Positions 1 to 9,955 of a stretch of DNA of 64,000 bases are shown piece by piece. Source of the stretch: Armatimonadota bacterium (GTDB lineage Bacteria; Armatimonadota; HRBIN16); contig OY781964.1 of NCBI GenBank assembly GCA_963677485.1, positions 4,288,001 to 4,352,000 of the forward strand, in the 5' to 3' direction. Both the position numbers and the translations under genes were made by a program. The first letter of the stretch is position 1, and the number at the start of each line of letters is the position of its first letter. Under the pieces are notes generated by a model, which was not told where the DNA came from, searched no databases, and worked only from the letters and a program-made list of their open reading frames with translations.

Positions 1-180
1 GCGCAATTATTGGAATTCCTCACAAAACTATCGAAGCAGACCTGGCCGGATGTTCAAAGGGTGAACCTGTTTGCGGGGGAGTTGAACTCCCGAGCTACCA
101 CCGAACAAGGTCGGTTTGGTTTTGTGGATGAAGGTCAGCAGACGAGTTATATCATGAGCCTGTTTAGCAAAAATGATTGA
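1..180 (+). CDS. 3' end of an unknown CDS truncated by the window edge
   Basis: Frame 1 is open from base 1 (AQLLEFLTKLSKQ...SLFSKND) to TGA at 178-180, 21 bp before the next ORF. No family recognised. Confidence 0.4.
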   Translation, partial: AQLLEFLTKLSKQTWPDVQRVNLFAGELNSRATTEQGRFGFVDEGQQTSYIMSLFSKND

Positions 181-201
181 TAGATTGTTTGGCGTCTGAG
201 A

Positions 202-1974
202 TTGTTGAGAATGGTGAAAAACCGGGTCCCGCCGTGGCGTAAACTCGTCATACTGTTGATCGCTATGTTGATTTTACGTACTGGCATCAACTACATGTGG
301 CGAAACGACGAAGGGACCACTTTAGGATTTGGTTCGAGCGCATCAATGATCTCGCGCCAACCTGTTGAGATTGATGCCGAGTTGCTGGCACCTGGACAAC
401 TAGTTTGTTCACGGGATTTGATGTATCTGCGAACGAAGTATCAGCGGGCTCTACGCTCGGAGAACTGGGCGCCCAGACGGAACCGTGCCCAACTCATGCA
501 AAACACGATCGAGTTTATCGGCGATGTACGGCGTAGGTACCCACAGGTGACCTTTTACCGTTGTGCAGGCAACTCCAAGAAGCTCCGGCTGATCCCTGTG
601 CGATGGGAGGAATCCATCCATGTCAAGAAGACACTCGATACGGATGTGACGGTCGTCGGCGCTGAACTCTCTTCGCTTGCTACTGCCATAGCTGCTGCGG
701 AGCGTGGATTTCGGGTGGTGGTGTTATATGCGGGACCGCTGGGCGGGTTATCATCGGACACAGGTGGGAACCTTCGTTTCTTTGACAACATTGCGCCCAC
801 TACACACCCGCAGGCGCAGCACATTCTCTTTCGTCAGGGACTGCGGATCAGCAACTGGACTGCAATCCCTCTCGATGTCGATTCGCGGCTGGCTGAATAC
901 CTCGCACAAAAGTATGCGGGACGGATTACGCTCATTAAGACGGCATCCTATGATTCGATCCACGTGAACCGTCAGGGAAACAACCTTCGGGATGTGCTGA
1001 CCCAGGAGGGCTGCAGGATCCGCTCACGCAGATATATTGATATGGACCCGGAAGCGCGTGTCACTGAAAAAAGAGGTGTCGCAATGGATACCGATACCCA
1101 GCATCTGTCGTATGGGTTAGTTTTTGATGTGATAGGGCTTTCGGCAGCGGACTGGGAGGCGCTCAGCAGCCACGCGAAACTGAGTGCTGACACGCTGATG
1201 ACATTAGCTGGTGTCTCGTTGTCGGAAGTATTAGCCAAACCTGATTCAGCCCGTTCCTATAAACTACTGCAACGTAAATTGCAGCATGATTTCTGCCGTG
1301 ATGGTGGATGCTACCGTTATGGCTACAGTGCTCTGGCGCAGGGCTTCAACTTCTATATGCAGTGTCGTGGTATCGCAGAACCTCAAAATCGCGATTTACG
1401 CTGGTTAAACTCCCGAAGATGCGTGAGCGGATTCAATATCGGCGTCTACAAAGATTTCGCCAACTTCAACAGTGTGAGTTACAAGTTCAGGAAGAGCTAC
1501 CTGCAGCAATCCCACAGCCTACATTCCGATACTGAGTTTGCGCCGATCTGCCATACCGAAGCACCAGCACTACAAGACTATTTTCGATATGTGACGGGGA
1601 ACTCGATGCTGACCGTGCGTATCCCTGACCAATTCTACATCCGCTCCGCCAGCGCGTTTTTCAAGACACTGCATCCTTACGAACCTGGTGAGTTCAACCA
1701 CGAATCCGGTAGCGGGTATCGGACATTTTACCCCATGGACCTTCGTGATTTATCAGCGCGGGATCGATATAGCTGGCGGACCATAGAGCGATATATAAAA
1801 ATCGCCCGGGGAAAGCACCTGTGGAGTTGTCGACCGTCAGCCACAACGACTTCGGTGCAGAACCTATACATTGTCAACAAGTGCGGGGTGACGCCTGCGT
1901 TTTTTGGTGGACAGAGGATCGAAGGTAACCAAACGAATATGGGCTGTGCATTGGTGAACAGCTTCAGCAGGTGA
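202..1974 (+). CDS. Membrane-anchored or secreted FAD-dependent oxidoreductase-like protein
   Basis: N-terminal hydrophobic segment (LVILLIAMLIL). Rossmann-like DVTVVGAELSSLATAIAAAERGFRVVVL...LGGL with a non-canonical glycine motif. Confidence 0.6.
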   Translation: MLRMVKNRVPPWRKLVILLIAMLILRTGINYMWRNDEGTTLGFGSSASMISRQPVEIDAELLAPGQLVCSRDLMYLRTKYQRALRSENWAPRRNRAQLMQNTIEFIGDVRRRYPQVTFYRCAGNSKKLRLIPVRWEESIHVKKTLDTDVTVVGAELSSLATAIAAAERGFRVVVLYAGPLGGLSSDTGGNLRFFDNIAPTTHPQAQHILFRQGLRISNWTAIPLDVDSRLAEYLAQKYAGRITLIKTASYDSIHVNRQGNNLRDVLTQEGCRIRSRRYIDMDPEARVTEKRGVAMDTDTQHLSYGLVFDVIGLSAADWEALSSHAKLSADTLMTLAGVSLSEVLAKPDSARSYKLLQRKLQHDFCRDGGCYRYGYSALAQGFNFYMQCRGIAEPQNRDLRWLNSRRCVSGFNIGVYKDFANFNSVSYKFRKSYLQQSHSLHSDTEFAPICHTEAPALQDYFRYVTGNSMLTVRIPDQFYIRSASAFFKTLHPYEPGEFNHESGSGYRTFYPMDLRDLSARDRYSWRTIERYIKIARGKHLWSCRPSATTTSVQNLYIVNKCGVTPAFFGGQRIEGNQTNMGCALVNSFSR

Positions 1975-1976
1975 TG

Positions 1977-3050
1977 CTATGAAGCTATCGGCAGCACAAA
2001 CCTTACGGTAGTGCCTACACCTACTGCGCTATCAATCCATATGCGACCACCCATGCTCTTCACAGCCAGTCGGCAGAAGGTGAGTCCTAAGCCTGAACTA
2101 GCCGCACCCGCTTTGCGTGCATCCATCTGTGTGTATTTGTCGAACACTTTACCAGCCCATTCGGAGTCAATGCCTGGTCCTTTGTCACTGACCGAAATCT
2201 GAGCTGTCCCATCAAGAAGCTGCTCTGCCAGGATGTCCACCACACTGTTTTCTGGGCTGAATTTCAAGGCATTGCTCAGCAGATTGACCATGACACGGGT
2301 GAGGATGGCAGGATCAGCCATGACGTGGAGGGGTTCAGCAGGCGCATGAAACTGGATATCGACACGGTTCTGTTTTGACCACAAAGCCACTTGTTGTTGA
2401 GCATCTTCAAAAATATCAGTGATAAGCACAGCCTTGGGCTGCAGTTTAAGTTTTTTTGATTCCAGCCTGGGTAAATCCAGCAGGGAGTTGATCATCCACA
2501 TAAGCCTGTCGGCCGAGATGAGGGAGATGTTCACCATCTCCTTGCCGGTGTCATCAAGCTGGTCACCCGAAATCATCTCAAGCGTCAGCAAGCCGGTCTT
2601 TACATTAGTCAAAGGTGATCTGAGGTCATGAACGATGAACTGTGTTAACTCGTCTTGACGCCGTCTGCTGTATAAAATGAGCGAGATTCCATAGGTAAGG
2701 AGAAGGAACACAACCAGCTTCAGAATCATGTCTACCCCGACGATGCTCAGCCGGGCCAGTGCCTGGTTTGCATAGTCCGAGTGCGTCGCTAACGCTGAGG
2801 CTGCGAATAACTCGGCGGCCGTCCACGCAAAAGCACTAAATATGGAAAGAATAAACGCATAGTATTCATGGCTTAATACGGCTGCTGTGACGATGGGAAT
2901 AAAATAGAATACCATCAAGTCAACATCGGTATCATAGTCAACTATGGCCAGCACGAGCATCAGCAGGAAGCTGAAGACGCCCCAGAACACGCGTGCGGCT
3001 TTAGTTTGAAGATAGAGATGTTGTTGTATGGTCTTGAGTGTGTTTTTCAT
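1977..3050 (-). CDS. Membrane sensor histidine kinase (HisKA + HATPase_c)
   Basis: About four TM helices, H-box HDLRSPLT, N-box NLLSNALKFS, G1 DKGPGI, G2 GLGL. Confidence 0.92.
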   Translation of the reverse strand: MKNTLKTIQQHLYLQTKAARVFWGVFSFLLMLVLAIVDYDTDVDLMVFYFIPIVTAAVLSHEYYAFILSIFSAFAWTAAELFAASALATHSDYANQALARLSIVGVDMILKLVVFLLLTYGISLILYSRRRQDELTQFIVHDLRSPLTNVKTGLLTLEMISGDQLDDTGKEMVNISLISADRLMWMINSLLDLPRLESKKLKLQPKAVLITDIFEDAQQQVALWSKQNRVDIQFHAPAEPLHVMADPAILTRVMVNLLSNALKFSPENSVVDILAEQLLDGTAQISVSDKGPGIDSEWAGKVFDKYTQMDARKAGAASSGLGLTFCRLAVKSMGGRIWIDSAVGVGTTVRFVLPIAS

Positions 3051-3125
3051 TACATTTTATTGTAAGCGCAATATCGGCTGGTGTATAGGGTAAAACACTC
3101 TTTGAGGTAAAATTAGATTAGGAGA

Positions 3126-3707
3126 GTGATGACCATGTCAGATGATCTATCTATGATGTTTACCGGGGTATCGAAAAATTACCCGGTGGTTTTATACGGT
3201 AACGAGATTCTACGGCAACCGACCGTCCAGGTTCGCAAGGTCGACAGTGAGATACGCCTGCTCGTCAGCCGAATGAGGACGATCATGACCGAAGCCAACG
3301 GCATCGGCCTGGCAGCACCGCAAGTCGGTGTATCGAAAAGTGTGATTGTGTATATGGACTTCATGCAGGGAGACGAGCCAGTAGTAAAGGCTCTAGTCAA
3401 TCCTGAAGTCGTGAAATTCAGCGAAGAGACAGAGCCGTTTGATGAGGGCTGCCTGAGCATGCCTGAACTGCGCGCGACGGTGATCCGGCCCAGCGAAGTG
3501 TGGGTGAAGGGTATGGACATGACCGGACGCACCATCCGCGTGAAGGCTCATGGCCTGACCGCGAGGGTGCTCCAGCACGAAATCGACCACTTGTCTGGTA
3601 AGCTGTTCATCGACATTGCCGACCCCAACAGCTTCTATTGGCTTGGTGACGAAGCAGAACCGGAAGAAGAGCAAGAACTAGAGCAAGAGCAAGCAGCAGT
3701 GTTATAG
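3126..3707 (+). CDS. def: Peptide deformylase
   Basis: GIGLAAPQVG, EGCLS and QHEIDHL motifs. Directly upstream of fmt. Confidence 0.97.
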   Translation: MMTMSDDLSMMFTGVSKNYPVVLYGNEILRQPTVQVRKVDSEIRLLVSRMRTIMTEANGIGLAAPQVGVSKSVIVYMDFMQGDEPVVKALVNPEVVKFSEETEPFDEGCLSMPELRATVIRPSEVWVKGMDMTGRTIRVKAHGLTARVLQHEIDHLSGKLFIDIADPNSFYWLGDEAEPEEEQELEQEQAAVL

Positions 3708-4672
3708 TGGCTAGAATCATCTTCTTTGGGTCCACCGGCTTCTCAGTGCCCAGTCTGCAACAACTAGTGCAGGCTGGGCATCACTTGGTTGCAGTAGTCA
3801 CACAACCCGACCGTCCCTCCGGCAGGGGACTTAAGATGCAGGCCACACCGGTCAAACACCTGGCGGAGGAGCTTGGCATCACGGTGTTCCAGCCTGAGCG
3901 GTGCCGATCCAAACGCTTTATCGATCAGATGGAATCACTGGAACCTGATCTGCTGGTGACGGCGGCCTTTGGTCAGATACTGCCCCAGCGCTTGCTTGAT
4001 GCAGCACGATCAGGATACGCGCTCAATGTGCATGCCTCACTGCTGCCCAAATACCGCGGCGCTGCACCAATACATCGGGCGATCATGGATGGTGAGGTGG
4101 AAACCGGTGTGGGCGTCATGCAGATGGTAGCAAAGCTGGATGCCGGCGATGTGTATGCGAGTGTCTCACGGCCGATTTTGCCGGAATATGACGTGCACAT
4201 TCTAGAATCACTGCTTGCCGATGATGGTGCAAAGCTGCTGGTGCAGACGATTGATGAGCTGTTGGCCGGACGAGCCAACCCCATCCCACAGGATGAGAAT
4301 CTGGTGACATATGCTCAGATGATGACTCGTCAGGACGCCTGCATCGACTGGCAACAGTCCGCAACACGCTGTTTTGGGCGTATGCGGGCGATGTCACCCA
4401 AACCAGGTGCGGAGTTCGCATGGAACGGCAAAGGCGTCAAACTGTGGCAGGCAGCCGTGATGCCTGAGACGAGTTCAGAACCCGCCGGGACGGTGGTGGC
4501 GGTGAATAAACAGAGCATCTGCGTGGCATGCGGTGAAGGATGCCTGGAGATATTCGAAGTGCAGCCGGCAGGTAAAGCACGCATGGGTGTGATATCTTGG
4601 ATGAACGGATCAAGGGTGAAGCAGGGCGATCTGCTGCAATCTCACCCCGATGTTGGAAAGGCGGACAGTTAA
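3707..4672 (+). CDS. fmt: Methionyl-tRNA formyltransferase
   Basis: VVTQPDRPSGRG, NVHASLLPKYRGAAPI and LDAGD motifs. Confidence 0.97.
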   Translation: MARIIFFGSTGFSVPSLQQLVQAGHHLVAVVTQPDRPSGRGLKMQATPVKHLAEELGITVFQPERCRSKRFIDQMESLEPDLLVTAAFGQILPQRLLDAARSGYALNVHASLLPKYRGAAPIHRAIMDGEVETGVGVMQMVAKLDAGDVYASVSRPILPEYDVHILESLLADDGAKLLVQTIDELLAGRANPIPQDENLVTYAQMMTRQDACIDWQQSATRCFGRMRAMSPKPGAEFAWNGKGVKLWQAAVMPETSSEPAGTVVAVNKQSICVACGEGCLEIFEVQPAGKARMGVISWMNGSRVKQGDLLQSHPDVGKADS

Positions 4673-6021
4673 TGAGCACCGAAACGCAGAGCACGGACCA
4701 TCAGACATTTCACGTGCCATATGAATATTACAAGTTAGATAATGGTCTGCGGGTGGTGCTTTCACCCGACCATCTGGTACCTGTGGTGGCGAACGTGGTT
4801 CTTTACGATGTGGGGGCGCGCAATGAGCAGTTAGGACGCACTGGCTTCGCCCATCTATTCGAACACATGATGTTCCAAGGTTCCGAGAACGTGCCGAAGG
4901 GTGAGTTCTTCAAGTGCGTGGAAGATAACGGCGGACTGATGAACGGCATGACCAGCAATGACTTTACGATTTATTATGAAGTGATGCCGGGGAACCAGAT
5001 GGAGCTGGCTTTATGGCTAGAGGCTGACCGTATGCGCGCACTGCAGGTAGATCAGGACAACCTGGACAACCAGCGTGATGTGGTGAAAGAGGAAAAGCGT
5101 CTCCGTTACGACAACCAACCATATGTGTATGCCATCTACGAACTGCTGATGGACAAGTTGTTCAAGAACTTCGCCAACGCGCACACCGTGATTGGCAGCA
5201 TGGATGACCTGAACGCGGCCACCCTTGCGGATGTTCAGAGTTTCTGGCGCACCTATTATGCCGTGAACAACGCCATCTTGGTTCTTGCCGGTGATTTCGA
5301 TGTCGACGAAGCCAAGCTGATGATAGAGAAGCACTTCGGCAGCATGAAGCCGGAAGTGCGGCCAGCAAACCCGGATTTCTCAGAACCAGAACGCGCTGAG
5401 CCGGAGAGCATGGACTACACTGACCCGCTGGCCGCGGTACCGGTGCTGGCGAGTGCGGTGATCGTGTGCGATGCGCTTAGTGATGATGCGCCTGCGCTCA
5501 CGCTGCTGGAACGGCTGCTGCTGGAGGGCGAGAATGCCCGGCTGCACCAACGGTTGGTGAAGAACGACCAGAGCTGTGCCTCCATTGGCGGTGGGTATGA
5601 TATGCGTCGCGGCCCTGGGTGCTTCCAGTTCATCGCGATGCTGAACCCTGGGGCGGAGTTCGGCACGGTGCTGGAGGCCATCCAGCAGGAGTTGCAACTT
5701 ATTGCGCAGCACGGCGTGAAACCTGAAGAGCTGGTGCGTATGAAGACGGCCGCCATGGCCCAGCGCTTTAATAGCGGCTTCGCGGGCACCGGCGGGCTTC
5801 AGACACCTCAAGGACGCGCATTTGAGCTGGGACTTCATACCCTCATCTCAAGCGATCCTGGGTTGATAAATACGGATATCCAACGCCTGTATGGCGTGAC
5901 GTCTGAACAGATTCAAGCGGTGGCGGCGAAATACTTCCAACCGGATAAGTATGTCACGGTGAATGTGCTGCCTGGTGCCGGTATGACTGACTCACCCGAG
6001 GAGGATGAAAATGACCGTTAA
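4672..6021 (+). CDS. M16B zinc peptidase, catalytic subunit
   Basis: GFAHLFEHMMFQGS (inverted HxxEH), LWLEADRM, VVKEEKR. Start taken at ATG 4672, which overlaps the fmt stop (TAATG). Confidence 0.92.
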   Translation: MSTETQSTDHQTFHVPYEYYKLDNGLRVVLSPDHLVPVVANVVLYDVGARNEQLGRTGFAHLFEHMMFQGSENVPKGEFFKCVEDNGGLMNGMTSNDFTIYYEVMPGNQMELALWLEADRMRALQVDQDNLDNQRDVVKEEKRLRYDNQPYVYAIYELLMDKLFKNFANAHTVIGSMDDLNAATLADVQSFWRTYYAVNNAILVLAGDFDVDEAKLMIEKHFGSMKPEVRPANPDFSEPERAEPESMDYTDPLAAVPVLASAVIVCDALSDDAPALTLLERLLLEGENARLHQRLVKNDQSCASIGGGYDMRRGPGCFQFIAMLNPGAEFGTVLEAIQQELQLIAQHGVKPEELVRMKTAAMAQRFNSGFAGTGGLQTPQGRAFELGLHTLISSDPGLINTDIQRLYGVTSEQIQAVAAKYFQPDKYVTVNVLPGAGMTDSPEEDENDR

Positions 6022-7357
6022 AGCTGCAAGTATGCCTTCTGCAGGGCCCGTCAAACCGTTGAACCTGCCTCAGACTACCCGATTCACCCTGTCGAACGGG
6101 TTGAGCGTGGTGGCATTGCACATGCCGAATGTGCCGATCGTGACGATGCAGATGAGTATCCTGGCCGGAGACGCGTATAGCCCAGCGGGGATGGGCGGTC
6201 TGTATGGCGCAGTGTGCCGCTTGCTGACGCAAGGCTGTGGCGATTTGGATGCAGTGGCTTTCTCACAGCGTCTGGATGACTATGGAGCCAGCCTTCAGGC
6301 TCACGGCGGCGTCGATTTCGCCGGTATTGGCGGCTCCTGCCTGGCGGAATATCTGCCGGACTATCTGAAGCTAGCGGCTCTGATGATCACAGCCCCTCGT
6401 TTCGATGAGCAAGAAGTGATGATCGACCAGCAGAACACCCTGCAAGAGTTGGCCTACATGCGCTCTCTGCCCAGTGTGATGGCCAGGCAATACTTCAACA
6501 GTGCACTGTATGGTGACCATCCTTATGGAGCCATGCTTCCCAGCGACGAACAGGTGATGGCCGCTGGTGCGGAGCAGCTACGAAGTGCTCACAAACTGCG
6601 CTACGTGCCGCAGGGAGCCACTCTTGTCGTCGTAGGGCAATATGATCCATCTTCACTGCTCGAGACGGTGCAAGCCGCTTTCGGTGAATGGGCTGGGGCA
6701 CCTGATGGGGCCACTTTGACATCTGTACCGAGTGTGGCAGGTAAACAGCGGGTCATACTGGTCGATCGGCCCGGTTCGGTGCAGGTAGACCTGAAGATAG
6801 GGCAGCTAGCCGTGGCGGGGGACTACCCAAACAACCATCAGCTTAGTCTGTTCAATGCAGCCTTTGGTGGTCGCGCAGGTTCTGTGCTGTTCATGAACGT
6901 GCGTGAGAAGCACGGCTACGCTTATAGTGTTGGCAGCTCCTTTGGTGTGAATGCCGTGAGCGGGCAGTTCAGTATGAGTGCGCAAGTTCGTAACGATGTG
7001 GTCGGTGACGCGATCCGGCTGATGCTGGAGGAGCTGCACACCGCCTGTCACGATGGGTTAAGCAGCGAGCAACTGCAGGCCGCGAAGAACTACATTGATG
7101 GCCAGTTTTGCATCAGTACCAGCACTCAGAACGGCATCGCAGGCCGGGTGCTTCATATAGAACAGCATGGTCGACCTGAGGATGACCTTTATACCTACAG
7201 GCAGCGGATTCAACAGACCGATGCCACCGCACTGGTGCAGACGCTGAACAGCGTGCTGAACCCGGACATCAACCTGATCGTGGCGGTTGGTGATGCTGCA
7301 GCGATCAAGCCTCAGCTAGAACCCTACGGTGAAGTGACCGTTGTGAAACCTTCATGA
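6005..7357 (+). CDS. M16B peptidase, non-catalytic partner subunit
   Basis: M16 architecture (TLSNGL, YGDHPYG, VREKHGYAY R/Y motif) without HxxEH. Overlaps the upstream M16 gene. Confidence 0.88.
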   Translation: MKMTVKAASMPSAGPVKPLNLPQTTRFTLSNGLSVVALHMPNVPIVTMQMSILAGDAYSPAGMGGLYGAVCRLLTQGCGDLDAVAFSQRLDDYGASLQAHGGVDFAGIGGSCLAEYLPDYLKLAALMITAPRFDEQEVMIDQQNTLQELAYMRSLPSVMARQYFNSALYGDHPYGAMLPSDEQVMAAGAEQLRSAHKLRYVPQGATLVVVGQYDPSSLLETVQAAFGEWAGAPDGATLTSVPSVAGKQRVILVDRPGSVQVDLKIGQLAVAGDYPNNHQLSLFNAAFGGRAGSVLFMNVREKHGYAYSVGSSFGVNAVSGQFSMSAQVRNDVVGDAIRLMLEELHTACHDGLSSEQLQAAKNYIDGQFCISTSTQNGIAGRVLHIEQHGRPEDDLYTYRQRIQQTDATALVQTLNSVLNPDINLIVAVGDAAAIKPQLEPYGEVTVVKPS

Positions 7358-8064
7358 CCATCGCGCCTCAAACTGAGCCGGTCAAGGGGTTGGTCACCGT
7401 GATTGTGCCCGTATATAACGAGCGCAAGACGGTAGAAACGCTTCTTGACCGGTTGTTCGAGGCCCCTTTTGAAAAACAGATCGTGGTGGTGGATGACGGC
7501 AGCACGGACGGCACCATCAGCGTGCTGCTTCAACGGCCGGGCATCACGCTGGTGCAGCATCCCAAAAACATTGGCAAGGGTATGGCCATCCGCAGCGGGA
7601 TCGCCCATGCGACTGGTGAAGTGTGCATCATTCAGGACGCGGACCTTGAATATTCCCCCGAAGAGATACCCAGTGTTGTCAAGCCGATCTTTGATGGTCA
7701 GGTAGACGTGGTGTATGGCAACCGCTTTTGGAACGGGCTGCCTAAAGACATGGCCTGGCCAAACAAGCTGGTGAACCGGCTGCTGGCGGCGATGGTCCGC
7801 GTGCTGTTCCGGGTTCCATTACAGGATGAAGCCACCTGTTATAAGGCGTTCCGAAGCTCGGTACTAAAGAGCGTGCCCTTGGATTGCCACCGATTTGAGT
7901 TCTGCCCGGAGGTCACCGCCAAGTTGCTCAGGCTAAATATACGGATCACCGAGGTGCCTCTGCAGAAATATCATCCGCGAACACATGCGGAGCACAAAAA
8001 AATCCGCTGGACCGACGGCGTAGAGGCGATCTGGACACTCATCCGCTACCGGTTCTGGAAGTGA
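7354..8064 (+). CDS. Glycosyltransferase family 2 (DPM1-like)
   Basis: IVPVYNE, VDDGSTDGT, GKGMAIR, QDADLEY, RFEFCPEVTAK. Confidence 0.93.
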   Translation: MTIAPQTEPVKGLVTVIVPVYNERKTVETLLDRLFEAPFEKQIVVVDDGSTDGTISVLLQRPGITLVQHPKNIGKGMAIRSGIAHATGEVCIIQDADLEYSPEEIPSVVKPIFDGQVDVVYGNRFWNGLPKDMAWPNKLVNRLLAAMVRVLFRVPLQDEATCYKAFRSSVLKSVPLDCHRFEFCPEVTAKLLRLNIRITEVPLQKYHPRTHAEHKKIRWTDGVEAIWTLIRYRFWK

Positions 8065-8065
8065 T

Positions 8066-8737
8066 TTGATGCCTGACCATCTCATGAGTTCGTGGCTGGC
8101 CAAAGTGAAGACCGACCTGCAGTTTGTCAAGTTTATAAACGCGGTCGGTTGCTGCACGGCGAAACCAATCCCCGCATGGCCGTTGTTTCCCAACCAGCAG
8201 CAGGCACTGGCTAGCATGGGGCTGTTTGATGTATGGTTCTGGAAAGATGATCTTCACACCGAAAAGAAGCTCTACTACACCCGGCTGTTTGGCGGGAAAC
8301 CTGGCTTTATCTCCAACGAAATGCTGCCCGCGTTTGTGGCCCGCTACGGCTGCGTGTTTGATGAGCTGCTGTTCCGTGGCGAACTGCCTGCTGGTGCCGT
8401 CGAAATATACCAATGTATCGAGCGTCATGGTCCGATCCCTATCCGTGAGTTGAACGCTCAGTTGAGTGCTGAGGCAAAGACCGGTGCTGATACCTATCTG
8501 CACTTACTCGACCGTAAGTTCCTCATCACCAAAAGCGGCATCACCGGCCGCACACGCGGCACCTATGGCTACATTTGGGACACTACCGAACGCTGGATGC
8601 CTGATGTGCTGCAGAGTGCCGGTAAACTGGGCAGTGAGCAGGCCATGCAGATCATCCGGGATCACATGCTGGCTTACGGCATCACACCGGAATGCAGCTT
8701 CTGGAAGCGTGTGATGGGCGAGACACCTTCACGGTAA
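8066..8737 (+). CDS. AlkZ-related / winged-helix protein
   Basis: VWFWKDDL..EKKLYYTRLFGGKPGFIS resembles AlkZ-related proteins. The C-terminal half is wHTH-like (IYQCIERHGPIPIREL...). Confidence 0.55.
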   Translation: MMPDHLMSSWLAKVKTDLQFVKFINAVGCCTAKPIPAWPLFPNQQQALASMGLFDVWFWKDDLHTEKKLYYTRLFGGKPGFISNEMLPAFVARYGCVFDELLFRGELPAGAVEIYQCIERHGPIPIRELNAQLSAEAKTGADTYLHLLDRKFLITKSGITGRTRGTYGYIWDTTERWMPDVLQSAGKLGSEQAMQIIRDHMLAYGITPECSFWKRVMGETPSR

Positions 8738-8776
8738 TCGCGTCGTAAATCTTACCGAAATACCCCCAAAATAGTC

Positions 8777-8805
8777 TTGACACTAAAGATAAATTCATGT
8801 AGTAT
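8777..8805 (+). promoter_or_regulatory. Sigma70-type promoter for the 8882-15249 operon
   Basis: TTGACA (8777-8782), 17 bp spacer, TAGTAT (8800-8805). Confidence 0.7.
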
Positions 8806-8881
8806 TATGTCTAGTGTTGGTATCGTCACCGCTCAGTACAACGCAACGGGGTAGTGGCTCCTAAATCCATCGGCAGAGGGT

Positions 8882-9955
8882 ATGAGTATGGCACAGAGTG
8901 AAGAGATTTTCATAGAGCAGATCAATGAGTTCTGCTCCATAGTAGACCGAAGCGAAACCAAGATCATCGGTATCGGCGTTCCGATATCCTTCGAGAGCCG
9001 CGGATATGGATATGGCGGCTACCAGTTCGCTAGTTGCGACTTGAATGACTACTTCTTTGCACGTAAAGTCATCCCTGAGGGTGAGGTGGCACTGCTGGCG
9101 AAGGTGCTCGGAGTCTGCTTGTCTGACACGGAGATCATCAGTGCCAGATACGATGTGGAGGGTGACGGAAACTACAAGGTGGTTGTTGGTTTTGTGGTCG
9201 ACAGCTTTGATAACATTCCAGAGTACCTCCCCGAGTATACCGTCACTTTGAGCGTACCGGCCTGCCGTTACGCTAAGATGCTGATCAACGAGAAGAAGCA
9301 GGAAGGCCGTATCGGTTACGACGAACGCATGCATGCCGACGAGTATTTCATTGGTGAGTTCCGCAAAGAGACCCCGTATGTGTATAACCAGGCGAGTTAT
9401 CCATTGAACACCTACGATGAAACAGGCGACATGCTGACCAAGTATGAGCCTGTGAAGATTCCGGCTGACGAGATCGAACGGTATGATTCTTTCCGGTTCA
9501 AAGTCGTCACCTTGCCTGAGATGAAGATCGCCTGCAGCATTTCTGTGCCCGGTTCGGGGGAATTTGTCATTTTCAAATACTTCGCCGTGGAGCAGCAAGT
9601 GTTCACCACGGACGCCGCGAGATACTATCTTCATGACTACTATGGCTTTCCCATCAGCACAGATGATGGGGGCTATAATAGTTGCTTTGGCACGCGTGTC
9701 AGCAGCTTTGAGGCCCTGCCGGAATGTGTGGAACGGATCACGCTGCCTGGAGGCATATATCTGCATATCACGCAACTTGAAGTCAACGGTGACAACCCAT
9801 CCATGCCATATGATGTCGCCTTCAACCATATTGACCGTCTGTTTTTGTCATCCCACCCACAGTATCAGCGTGACTTCAGCAAGCATGTCATCGCCAGATT
9901 CCGGCAGGCGAATTGCGCCTCGGTGTTTGTGCCCCTGCTGCTGGCTTGTAAATAA
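8882..9955 (+). CDS. Protein with two tandem GyrI-like effector-binding domains, no HTH
   Basis: Two units of the GyrI pattern: IVDRSETKIIG...VTLSVPACRYA...YEPV and VVTLPEMKIA...ERITLPGGIY...VFVPL. Confidence 0.7.
   Translation: MSMAQSEEIFIEQINEFCSIVDRSETKIIGIGVPISFESRGYGYGGYQFASCDLNDYFFARKVIPEGEVALLAKVLGVCLSDTEIISARYDVEGDGNYKVVVGFVVDSFDNIPEYLPEYTVTLSVPACRYAKMLINEKKQEGRIGYDERMHADEYFIGEFRKETPYVYNQASYPLNTYDETGDMLTKYEPVKIPADEIERYDSFRFKVVTLPEMKIACSISVPGSGEFVIFKYFAVEQQVFTTDAARYYLHDYYGFPISTDDGGYNSCFGTRVSSFEALPECVERITLPGGIYLHITQLEVNGDNPSMPYDVAFNHIDRLFLSSHPQYQRDFSKHVIARFRQANCASVFVPLLLACK

Noticed and set aside
3651-3700. GARCAA-like repeats at the end of def
   Set aside because: Low-complexity coding for an acidic Glu/Gln tail, not an independent repeat element.
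8861-9829. 322-aa antisense ORF over the first GyrI gene
   Set aside because: Shadow frame. The plus strand has the promoter, domain pattern and operon context.
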